Below, one piece after another: positions 29,648-38,916 of a stretch of 64,000 bases of DNA. The DNA is from Thermodesulfobacteriota bacterium (GTDB lineage: Bacteria; Desulfobacterota_D; UBA1144; Nemesobacterales; Mycalebacteriaceae). Position 1 is the first letter of the stretch, and every line of letters starts with the position of its first letter. The notes under the pieces were generated by a model. It was not told where the DNA came from, made no database searches, and saw only the letters and a list, made by a program, of their open reading frames with translations. The stretch spans positions 416,001 through 480,000 of the forward strand of contig OZ242184.1 in assembly GCA_965205855.1 (NCBI GenBank), given 5' to 3'. Position numbers and translations under genes: made by a program.

Positions 29648-30853
29648 CTACTCGTGCCTCAGAGCTTCAACCGGATTCAGTTTCGCGGCTTTTCGCGCCG
29701 GATACAGACCGAAGAAAACCCCGACCACGGCGGAGAAAAAACAGGCAATTAAAACCGCGGACAGCGATATGCTGGAGGTCCAGCCCGTGAACAGGGACGC
29801 GGTTTTGGCAATGATAGTTCCGAGGATGATTCCCGCCACTCCGCCCGTGAGCGAAAGCGTGAGGGACTCTATCAGAAACTGCTTCAGTATGTCTTTCTGC
29901 CTTGCTCCGACCGCCATTCTTATTCCTATCTCCCTTGTCCTTTCGGTTACCGAAACAAGCATTATGTTCATTATTCCCACGCCGCCGACTATGAGCGAGA
30001 TTGACGCAATACTCACGAGTAGGATTTTCAGAATTTTCGTTACCACGGCTATGCGCTCAAGGTTTTCGGCGTTGTTTCTGATGGAGAAGTCATTGTTTTC
30101 TCCGGGCGCTATTTTGTGGTTTTTTCTAAGAACCGAAGAGATCTCCGCGAGCGCAGGCGGGATGCTTTGCGGATTGTGCACGGAAACGGAGATTTTGGAG
30201 ATGTTTTTTACGGCAAGGATTCTTTTCTGCACAGTTGAATAGGGCATCAGGATTATATCGTCCTGATCCGTTCCGCTCGGCTTTGGTCCGAGTTTCTGCA
30301 TCGTTCCGACAACTTTGCAGGTCAAGGCTCCCATTCTTATCTTCTGCCCGACGGCGGACACGGCGCCGAACAGTTTTTTCTCAATCGTCTGTCCGACCAC
30401 GCAAACCGGACGCGAATTTACTATGTCGTCCGCGCTGAAAAAGGTTCCGCTTTGCGGAAACCAGTCGTTTATAAAAATGAAATCGCGCGACACGCCCAGC
30501 ACCCGTGTTCTCCACTCGTTTTTGCCGTATATCACGGTTTTTTGCGTGCTTATGATTTCCGAGACAAACTCTACATCCGGCAAATTCCTTATGGACTCCG
30601 CATCTTTGACGGTAAGCGGTTTTCCGCGCGAGAACCTGAGCGGGTTCCCGACGGGGCTCACTGGGCTGATGATCATGGATTTTCCGCCCAGCCGCTCAAA
30701 CTGCTCTCCTATCATACGGCTTGCGCCCTGGGTTGTTGAGACAAGTGAAACGACCGCCGCGACGCCGATTATCACTCCGAGCGCGGTCAGCATTGAACGC
30801 CCCTTGTTGGACATAATTGCCCTGTACGCGATAGTCAAAGACCTGAAGTTCAT
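29648..30853 (-). CDS. MacB/FtsX-family ABC transporter permease
   Basis: RSMLTALGVIIGVAAV, VGGVGIMNIMLVSVTERTREIGIRMAVGA, PARKAAKLNPVEALR; start set at MNFRSL. Confidence 0.92.
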   Translation of the reverse strand: MNFRSLTIAYRAIMSNKGRSMLTALGVIIGVAAVVSLVSTTQGASRMIGEQFERLGGKSMIISPVSPVGNPLRFSRGKPLTVKDAESIRNLPDVEFVSEIISTQKTVIYGKNEWRTRVLGVSRDFIFINDWFPQSGTFFSADDIVNSRPVCVVGQTIEKKLFGAVSAVGQKIRMGALTCKVVGTMQKLGPKPSGTDQDDIILMPYSTVQKRILAVKNISKISVSVHNPQSIPPALAEISSVLRKNHKIAPGENNDFSIRNNAENLERIAVVTKILKILLVSIASISLIVGGVGIMNIMLVSVTERTREIGIRMAVGARQKDILKQFLIESLTLSLTGGVAGIILGTIIAKTASLFTGWTSSISLSAVLIACFFSAVVGVFFGLYPARKAAKLNPVEALRHE

Positions 30854-30902
30854 CGCCGTGATTATAACAGACGTCGCGAACAGGTAAGCACACTCCCGCG
30901 TC

Positions 30903-32483
30903 TCAGTCCAGGCTTTTGTAGCGGCCCTTTTGCACCATGGCGACAATAATGCACGGGATTGCCACTCCGAGTGCCGAAACCGTTATGAGAAGAACTCCAA
31001 GCTCAGAGTAGTCCGCGGAGACAACTATGCCGTTTGCCGCGTCTCTGACCTCGCGGGTGATGACAAAGACCTTGTTCACATACTCCGTGCCGAGACTGCT
31101 CGCGGACAGCGCAAGGTTTGAAAATGACGCGAACACCGCAAAGAAGGTCGCCTTCAGATGTTCGGGCGCGTTTTTTGCTATCCATGCGAGCATTGGAATC
31201 ATTGCCACCTGTCCGAGGGGTGATTCAAGGGCGGTGTTCACAATCGCTATGAATTTCGCGTCCACCACTCCCCCGGTGCGTGCCATAGTCCATTCGTGAA
31301 CCCCGTAGAAAAGACCGATTCCGGGAAGCGACAGAACTCCCCAGACTATTGAAAGAAACACGATAATCCGCGCTATGCTCGTCCGGCTGATAACCGGCAG
31401 GAAAAATACGATGCCGGCAAGCGTGAGACCCGAAGTTATAAGGAAGAGATATGAGAGAAACTGCTGGTCAAAACCGAGGTTGTCTATCTGGAACCATCCT
31501 TCTCCGGGCCCCACACCGGGAACGGCGCGGAAGACAAATATGATTATTGCCGTGCCTATGAGAGTGTTGCGTGAGGATTTCGGCACCTCGGCGAGCAGTT
31601 TCCGCATAAGAAAGATGACTATCGCCATTGACCCGGCAAACACTGTTTCCTTTGAGTATTGCAAGTCCGAGAGTCCTATTGCCACGCTGAACGCGACAAA
31701 CAGAAGACTACCGCCGAGTATCCACCAGTTAGGAGAGACCGCCGCTCTTTTCAACTCCGGCGTCATTTGTCCGATTTTTTTGAGCATCCACGCGAGCATG
31801 ACCCCGCTTACCGACACGGCGGGAATTACAAGCGCCATAAGGTAGATATCGCCGTAAATCTGCAGTTTCTGTCCCTCGCTCAACTCCTCTACGCCCTGAA
31901 ACGCGATGACATTTATTGCCGCGACGAGGACGCCGCCGCCGATGATGGCGAATCTTCCGAAGGTTTGCATTGTCGTATGCATGGATTTCAGGGTTGCCTC
32001 GTCAAACTCCGCGCCGTTTTTATCCTTGGCCGGAATCGCTTCCACGCTCATCGCGTCCGCGACCACATCCTGAAGCACATAACCCACGGGGCTCAGGATT
32101 ACGCTTACGACAAACCAGTTTCCCGCCGGCATAAACTGTTCCATATACTCTCTTTCGGTTATCAGCCCGAACATGATGAGCAGTCCGGCGGAGATAAGCC
32201 CCGCCCCTATGAAAACGAGGATGGATTTCCAGCGCCAGATGAGGTCAACGAGATGTCCAACGGGCATTTTGATCGCCCAGGGCAGTCCCGCCCAGAAGCC
32301 CAGACCCGCAAGGAAAGCGGCGGACAGGTCAAGGTAGTCTTTGATAAAAAAGGCGCCGACAATGCCCGTCAGCCCGGAGACTCCGGCGGCAAAATAGACC
32401 ATAAGCGGCGGAATAAAGCTGAACCGGAACTGCTTGACAGGATTGACGAAAACCGCTTTAAGGAACTTGTTGAGAGTGTCCAA
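30903..32483 (-). CDS. MFS-like transporter, BT1 (folate/biopterin) family-like
   Basis: About 12-13 TMs, LPW.IK..G..VD, DVVADA.SVE, AP...KAT.FA. Confidence 0.7.
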   Translation of the reverse strand: MDTLNKFLKAVFVNPVKQFRFSFIPPLMVYFAAGVSGLTGIVGAFFIKDYLDLSAAFLAGLGFWAGLPWAIKMPVGHLVDLIWRWKSILVFIGAGLISAGLLIMFGLITEREYMEQFMPAGNWFVVSVILSPVGYVLQDVVADAMSVEAIPAKDKNGAEFDEATLKSMHTTMQTFGRFAIIGGGVLVAAINVIAFQGVEELSEGQKLQIYGDIYLMALVIPAVSVSGVMLAWMLKKIGQMTPELKRAAVSPNWWILGGSLLFVAFSVAIGLSDLQYSKETVFAGSMAIVIFLMRKLLAEVPKSSRNTLIGTAIIIFVFRAVPGVGPGEGWFQIDNLGFDQQFLSYLFLITSGLTLAGIVFFLPVISRTSIARIIVFLSIVWGVLSLPGIGLFYGVHEWTMARTGGVVDAKFIAIVNTALESPLGQVAMIPMLAWIAKNAPEHLKATFFAVFASFSNLALSASSLGTEYVNKVFVITREVRDAANGIVVSADYSELGVLLITVSALGVAIPCIIVAMVQKGRYKSLD

Positions 32484-32550
32484 AAAAATGTCCGACGGAA
32501 AAAAGGTAAAGGTTGATTTCCGGCGGAAAGGTTACGAGATTGAAAAGGGT

Positions 32551-34234
32551 TTGTAAAACTGCGGTCGGGTTTCAGTCAGTTAAAATTTGAAACTTATCAG
32601 GTTTAATGGACTTGCGTGTTGTGATTTGAGGGCAGGTTTCAGTCAGTTAAAATTAAAAAAATTAACTCTCGCAACATATCGACGGTTGTGATTTGAGGGC
32701 AGGTTTCAGTCAGTTAAAATTCAGGATATGATGCCGGATGACATGCGGAAGTTGTGATTTGAGGGCAGGTTTCAGTCAGTTAAAATACACCGTTAGAAGT
32801 CATGGAATGGAGTATGTTGTGATTTGAGGGCAGGTTTCAGTCAGTTAAAATCCTGCGCGAGTTAATACAGTTGTCCGTGCGGGTTGTGATTTGAGGGCAG
32901 GTTTCAGTCAGTTAAAATCCGGGGGCAATTCAGGGGAGTAGTCCGACAGTTGTGATTTGAGGGCAGGTTTCAGTCAGTTAAAATAGGCAAACGCTTTGTC
33001 CACGCGACAGCAACAGTTGTGATTTGAGGGCAGGTTTCAGTCAGTTAAAATATTGGGGCGAATTTATTAACCGGCAATGTGTTGTGATTTGAGGGCAGGT
33101 TTCAGTCAGTTAAAATGCATTGGAAAATACTCCTGCTTCTGAGTATGTTGTGATTTGAGGGCAGGTTTCAGTCAGTTAAAATGAGACTTGTGGACATTGT
33201 GTTAAAGTCCGGGTTGTGATTTGAGGGCAGGTTTCAGTCAGTTAAAATTTAACTCGCGCAACATCCGCAACATCTTCAGTTGTGATTTGAGGGCAGGTTT
33301 CAGTCAGTTAAAATTTAATCCAGTTGCCCCATTTCCCAAAAACAGTTGTGATTTGAGGGCAGGTTTCAGTCAGTTAAAATAGTTGCGGGGGGGCACCCTA
33401 CCCGAAAGGGTTGTGATTTGAGGGCAGGTTTCAGTCAGTTAAAATGATCTACGATTTTGAATACTGTGATAAGCGTTGTGATTTGAGGGCAGGTTTCAGT
33501 CAGTTAAAATTAAAAAACCCACGATAAGTCCGGCACCAGCGTTGTGATTTGAGGGCAGGTTTCAGTCAGTTAAAATTGCGCGCGTTTCTGTGACAAAGCA
33601 CAGAAGGTTGTGATTTGAGGGCAGGTTTCAGTCAGTTAAAATGTTTGTCAGGCATTCCAAACGGCGGTACTCGTTGTGATTTGAGGGCAGGTTTCAGTCA
33701 GTTAAAATAAAGTTATCGGGAGGTGGATGGTTACTATTGTTGTGATTTGAGGGCAGGTTTCAGTCAGTTAAAATTCGCGTCCGGTGCCTGCCGCCAGTGG
33801 TAGGTTGTGATTTGAGGGCAGGTTTCAGTCAGTTAAAATCTTACGGAGGAGGTCAGTCACTCGCTATAGGTTGTGATTTGAGGGCAGGTTTCAGTCAGTT
33901 AAAATCGCGTCCAGTTCCAGCCGCCAGTGGTAGGTTGTGATTTGAGGGCAGGTTTCAGTCAGTTAAAATTCTGAAGCTCGTCCAGCCCGTTGCTGATAAG
34001 GTTGTGATTTGAGGGCAGGTTTCAGTCAGTTAAAATCAACTGGATTAACTCTTGCAGAACCTTCAGTTGTGATTTGAGGGCAGGTTTCAGTCAGTTAAAA
34101 TAGAGTCCCACCACTCGTCGGCGGGTTGCCGTTGTGATTTGAGGGCAGGTTTCAGTCAGTTAAAATGATGTAACTTTACAGGCCGTGTTGAGGTAACTGT
34201 TGTGATTTGAGGGCAGGTTTCAGTCAGTTAAAAT
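32551..34234 (+). CRISPR. Type II-C CRISPR array: 25 identical 36-bp repeats plus 1 degenerate terminal repeat, 25 spacers (28-32 bp)
   Basis: Repeat GTTGTGATTTGAGGGCAGGTTTCAGTCAGTTAAAAT from 32618 to 34234; degenerate copy 32551-32586 keeps only the 3' 19 nt; + strand crRNA orientation inferred from complementarity to the + strand tracrRNA. Confidence 0.98.
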
Positions 34235-34284
34235 ACTTATCCCTCAACCGTGTTGCTGATAAGGGGTTTTGGCTTCTTGGCAAA
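34235..34284. promoter_or_regulatory. Short CRISPR leader between the last repeat and the cas2 stop, with hairpin
   Basis: 50 bp; CTTATC..CAAC-CGT-GTTG..GATAAG nested inverted repeat; lies at the end opposite the degenerate repeat. Confidence 0.55.
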
Positions 34285-34614
34285 TCAAAAAAGAGTGATT
34301 TGCTGGGGAGCCATCTCCACTTTTTTCCGTTTTTTCCCGTAGAAGACCTGCATTCGCCCGAACTGCTTGTCCGTAATGGTTATCATCCGCACCTCTCCTT
34401 CGGGAGGAAGTGAGTCTCTTACTCGTCCTGAATGGACATAAGAGTTTTCTTCGCTCGCGCAGTGTCTGGCATATACTGAAAACTGCAACATTACGAACCC
34501 GTCTTTTATAATCTGTTTTCTAAATTTTGTGTATTCTCTTCGCGCCTTCTTTGTATCTGTTGGAAGGTCAAACATAACTACTACCCACACGGTTCTGTAT
34601 CCTCCAAAAGCCAA
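34285..34614 (-). CDS. cas2: CRISPR-associated endoribonuclease Cas2
   Basis: WVVVMFDLPT, FRK....DGF.MLQFSVY, ITDKQFGRM, QITLF. Confidence 0.96.
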   Translation of the reverse strand: MAFGGYRTVWVVVMFDLPTDTKKARREYTKFRKQIIKDGFVMLQFSVYARHCASEENSYVHSGRVRDSLPPEGEVRMITITDKQFGRMQVFYGKKRKKVEMAPQQITLF

Positions 34615-34624
34615 CTTTCATACC

Positions 34625-35515
34625 TTATCCGTTCTCAATCAGTTCAGGAATCTTCAAAGAGTCAACTCCTTCTGAGAACGATTTCTTCAAGCTTGCCGCC
34701 ATGTGTTGGTTTGCGACCATCAAGGGCAGTTTTTTTTCTTCAAACAGAACATCCTCGGACAGAATAGAGAGTAATGACACTTTTGTTTTCTTGTCAATTT
34801 CTATTCTCTTTTGTTCATTCAGTTCATAAGCTCTTCTGTCAACCATAGGGCGCAAGGGTTCCATAAGATCATCAGCGAGACACATAGGGTTATATTGATT
34901 GTGGTGGTGAACTCCAAGCGCGGGATGAAGTCCGGTACCGCATAAAGCGCGGGCAACCGATGCTCTGACTAAGCTGTAGCCGTAATTGAGCAGAGAATTG
35001 ATTCCGTTTTCCTTGTAGTTCCTGCCAAATCCTTTACCGAACAGTATTGACCAGTATAATTTAGCCGCTTGGGCTTCAATGTTTTCCGTGTCTCCGCTTT
35101 TCACTCTTTTTTTGAGACTGAAAAGGGAAGCGGGTTTTTTGTCAAAAAGAAGCAGGGTTTTAATCTGCGCTTCAGTTTTGGCGATTATGATTTTTTGCCA
35201 AAGGCGTTTTTTGAGCGGCTTTTTAACTTCGGTTTGTATATTTAGGATTTTACTGTGGATTGAGTTGCCGGACAGAGGAAGCAATGCTGAAACCGGAAGG
35301 TGTTGTTTGTCGCAAAATACGATTATGCAGTTATTTTTCTGGCATTCCGCTATAAGTTCTTGAGAGATTGAAATTGCGGGATTGGCGAGTATTAGTATTC
35401 CCATATCTTCAATGGGAATACTGCTGTCATCTTCTTCATGTTTCTTGACAACCATCTGGCGGTCTTTCAGATGAAGGTATGCCGGATTGATGACCTCAAT
35501 AATTCTCTTAATCAT
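34625..35515 (-). CDS. cas1: CRISPR-associated integrase Cas1 (type II)
   Basis: IPIEDMG, LWQKII.AK, VKSGD..N.EAQAA..YW, N.LLNYGY, G.HH....N.MCLADDLMEP.RP. Confidence 0.96.
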   Translation of the reverse strand: MIKRIIEVINPAYLHLKDRQMVVKKHEEDDSSIPIEDMGILILANPAISISQELIAECQKNNCIIVFCDKQHLPVSALLPLSGNSIHSKILNIQTEVKKPLKKRLWQKIIIAKTEAQIKTLLLFDKKPASLFSLKKRVKSGDTENIEAQAAKLYWSILFGKGFGRNYKENGINSLLNYGYSLVRASVARALCGTGLHPALGVHHHNQYNPMCLADDLMEPLRPMVDRRAYELNEQKRIEIDKKTKVSLLSILSEDVLFEEKKLPLMVANQHMAASLKKSFSEGVDSLKIPELIENG

Positions 35516-35521
35516 TATGAG

Positions 35522-38500
35522 TTAATTTGTAATGATTTGACCAAGAGCGTTAACGGATTCTTTTTTCATTTTGTAGTCTGTGATAAGCTTTGAAGGCGCT
35601 TTTGCTAATTCCAATTTCTCCTTTTCTTCAGAAGACATTTTCTCAAATTCTTTGTCGGGGGTTGCATCCGTATGTACTCGCAAAAATAATATGCCTGATT
35701 GCCTTATTTTTCGTATTCTGAAAAATTCCTTTTTTCCACTTTCTCTTTCTACACTTACCATGTCATCTTTGCATAGAGACATAAGGAACTCACAATCTTC
35801 TCCGTGATTAGTTCTAACAACAGGCTCTTTGCTTATCTTTAATCTTCTTACGGCTTTCATTGTGGGTATTGCAACACCTTTGATTTTTTCGGTTTTTGAG
35901 TTTTTGTTTTTGATAATTTCCATATGGTGGATATTACCGTATAGAAAAATCTTCAATACCTTGCCGTTTTCATCTTTTTTTATATAGTAGGAATCTTCAT
36001 TGAAACTATTGGAACTTTTCTTTTTCCATACTTTAACGTGCCTGACAATATTTCCCGCCTTAGGGTGGACAAAGGGCTTGCCTTTCAATGCTTTTTTTGC
36101 TTTTTGCAGACCTCCTTGTTCACAAACATATCTTTTAAACCCTCTTTTTATAACAGGGCATATTATATTTTTTACATTAGTTATAGCAGTGAGATTTTTA
36201 CGGACAACAATTCCCTTTTTGCCGTTTTCTTCTCTTAATCCGTATGCAGTGTCCTCGTGAAATGCTCCTGTTACTTTTCTGTTTGTTGAATGAGCAACAA
36301 TCATTTTGTCCGTTTTATCTTTTAACTTGGTTCTAATATCGGGTAGAACCGGGGGAACTTGTATTTTGTGTTTGGGAGTGGGTGCAAGAGGAACTATTTT
36401 CTCATACAGACTGCGGCTTGTAAGTGCTATGACCGTTGCATCAACAGCGTGGTGTCTGTGGTCTCTGCGGTTCTTTTTTCCGGTATTGCCAAGGATGTTA
36501 TTCAATCCCCACTCGCGGCGAAGCCAGCTTGTTATCCAGCCTTTTGTGAAAGTTATATCGCAACCGAGGGTTCTCATATACTTTCCGGTTTCTTTTGCAA
36601 TATAGCGCGAGTCGGTTAATTGACTGTTAATGAAAAAATCTCTATCTATCTTTTCTTCTATAATGTTTTTGTATTTTTTTCTTGGATAGTCACTGTTTTT
36701 TGGTTTTGTCAATCCGTTCAATCTGTTTAGAATTTCTTTCCATTTGTCTGTGCCTTTCCATGCTTCCCAAGGGGTTTTGTTGCCTTTTTCCTGATTTTCC
36801 GTGGCAAAACATACAACTTTGTTCATATGCGAATTATCAAGTCTCCTGCTGTGTGGAAAGATATGGTCTATCTCAATATCAGGTGACCACAGATCGGTCT
36901 CGTTAATCATTTTTCCACTGTATAAACACATTCTCTCGCTTTCTTCCCAAAGCCGGTATTTCAATTTGTCCTGATGGTTTATGTATTGTGCCAGGTTCAA
37001 ATGGGGGCATTCTTTTCTGATGATTTCGTATTGTTCTTCCGCTCTTTCATTTGCTTCGGTATTCTTTTTCTGTCTTTCTTTATACCTTTTGGTGTTCATT
37101 TCCAAATCCCGAGCCATCTCTATGCGTATTGTTGCTGGCTTTCCATATTTTTTGATTATTGCATTTGTGACACGGCGGACTTCATGCAAAGCTTTTTGGA
37201 CAATCGGATTTGGAATAAACGGTATCTCTTGAAGGGTTTCGGCATGTCCAGATATCGGTTTTGTAATATTTTCATATCCGGCAAGTTGGACGGCTCCCTT
37301 TTTCTTCGTCTGAACCTTCTTTGCTGTATAATCTGCCCTCTTTGAGATAGGGCAGGATTTTTTTAATTGCCTTTAGTGACAGATTTCCATATTTGGTTTC
37401 CAATTCCAGAACCGCAAGTTTCACAGCCTTTTCCAAATTAAACTTCCAGTGATTTTGAAGCCGTTTTTTCAGCCCTTTTTTGGATTTATATGAAATCAAA
37501 TCCTCAACAAGTTGAGTTTGTTGCTTTTCATCAAACAAATCCCATTTATCTCCGATGATTTCTCTAATATCACAGGCGGTTCTGTTTCCCTTGATTCCTT
37601 TGGTCTTTTTTCCTGAAACACTTTCTAAATTAAATTTTGTTTTATTGTCCACCTCAAGCAGGCCTCTGAGTTTTTTCCATGTCAGGTTTTTTTCTCTTTC
37701 AAGTGCGTTCGCGATAACTTTCTTTTGATCCAGCGACAATCTTCTATCTATTTCTCCGGTCTTAATATCATCCCAGCTTAAGTTAGCTATATCCTGCCAA
37801 TAGCGGAATTGTTGAAACTCAAGGCGACTGCAACTGATTCGTTTATGTTTGGTTTCAAGCGAACATTTTCCTATGGTGTCCTTTTCCCATGTTATGGGTC
37901 GTTGAAAAAAGATGATTTCCTCGATCGCGGCTTTTATGCTTTCTGTATAAATATCAGGGCTTATCTCGGACTGTCTTTCCCAAATTAGTTCAAATTCGTC
38001 TTGATACATCTTCCTGTCAGTTCTAAGGTCGTTAACTTCTCCCCTGTTACGTTTGCGGGGCAAGGTTGCGAGGTATTCTCCGAGAGTTCGTTTTTTATCT
38101 TCTGTGATTTTTTCGCGGAGTTTCTCAATGTTTTCCTTAACTTTTTTTCCTTCTTTGTCAGATTTGTCAGACTCCGTTTGTTCATTTTCAGAATCTTTAA
38201 GAAATTCCAACGCTTCCGTATCTTCACGCAGGTTTCCAAACCCTGTTTTGCGGTTACTCAAAAATCCCCGCCGTGTTCCCAAATGCAGTATTGCGCGTCC
38301 AAATTCATGCTTGGTTAGTTTTTCATCCAATGCTTTGGCTCTTATATCGTAAGGGTCTCCAAGTTTGTTGAGTTCTTTTTCGGGATTGGGTTCATCTTTG
38401 AGGATTTCAGGCAAGAACCCCTTGCTTAGCAGGTAGTTCCTCAAGCGCATTTTGCGTCTACGGCGCCGTTCAATAACCCGTCTTAGAAGGCGGCTTTCCC

Positions 38501-38678
38501 GGCGTTTCTGATTTTTAGGAGTAGGAGTTTTGTCTTCAACGGAGCGAATGAATATACGGCTTCCACAGTCAATAATATCTTTTGGAACTCCCTTGTGCTC
38601 TTCAACAACACTCCATCCGATGGAGTTTGTTCCCATATCGAGCCCAATACAGTATTCAAGTGTTTGTTTTGTTTTCAA
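35522..38678 (-). pseudogene. cas9: Type II-C Cas9 (about 1051 aa if repaired) interrupted by one +1 frameshift; ORFs 38678-37272 and 37189-35522
   Basis: RuvC-I IGLDMGTNSIGW, Arg-rich bridge helix, RRGFLSNRK, IFFQRP; second frame AVQLAGY..IPNPIVQKALHEVRRV, IEMARD, HNH IDHIFPHS..DNS..NKV....NQEKGNKTP, RuvC-III DHRHHAVDA. Confidence 0.9.
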
Positions 38679-38707
38679 CCTCTATCTTCTCCAACAAAAA
38701 GGGTACC

Positions 38708-38736
38708 TTGACAAAATACACAACTATCTGTAATTT
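38708..38736 (+). promoter_or_regulatory. Putative tracrRNA promoter
   Basis: TTGACA-17 nt-TAATTT ending 8 nt before the anti-repeat. Confidence 0.55.
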
Positions 38737-38744
38737 ATAAAGAC

Positions 38745-38872
38745 ATTTTAACTGACTGAAACCTGTCCAAACATTTTTCAATTCATAACAAGAAACAAAT
38801 GTTTCGCAGGGAAACCCTTCAAAAGGTGTACCACCTGCCTCCCGTCTCTTCGGAGCAGGGGCGGGTTTTTTA
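38745..38872 (+). ncRNA. tracrRNA
   Basis: Anti-repeat ATTTTAACTGACTGAAACCTGTCC(AAACATTTT)TCAATTCATAAC complementary to the whole repeat, then AA + GAAAC/GTTTC hairpin, further hairpins and a GC-rich stem with T-tract; divergent from cas9. Confidence 0.9.
38841..38872 (+). terminator. Rho-independent terminator of tracrRNA
   Basis: CCCGTCTC-TTCG-GAGCAGGGGCGGG-TTTTTT. Confidence 0.7.
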
Positions 38873-38916
38873 TTTCTATTCGGCTCTAAGCTGCTACAAT
38901 TAACACCAGTACAAAA

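Noticed and set aside
32587-34000. GATAAG/CTTATC hexamer in spacers 1, 14, 15 and 22
   Set aside because: Only 6-8 nt; not convincing once all possible hexamers are considered
35522-37189. 555-aa HNH/RuvC ORF as a stand-alone IscB/Cas9d-like compact nuclease
   Set aside because: Lacks RuvC-I and the bridge helix, which are in the upstream ORF; the two join into an ordinary-sized II-C Cas9
37296-37303. Classical -1 programmed ribosomal frameshift in cas9
   Set aside because: Repair needs +1 (or -2), and the run is not an X XXY YYZ heptamer such as A AAA AAG in the right frame
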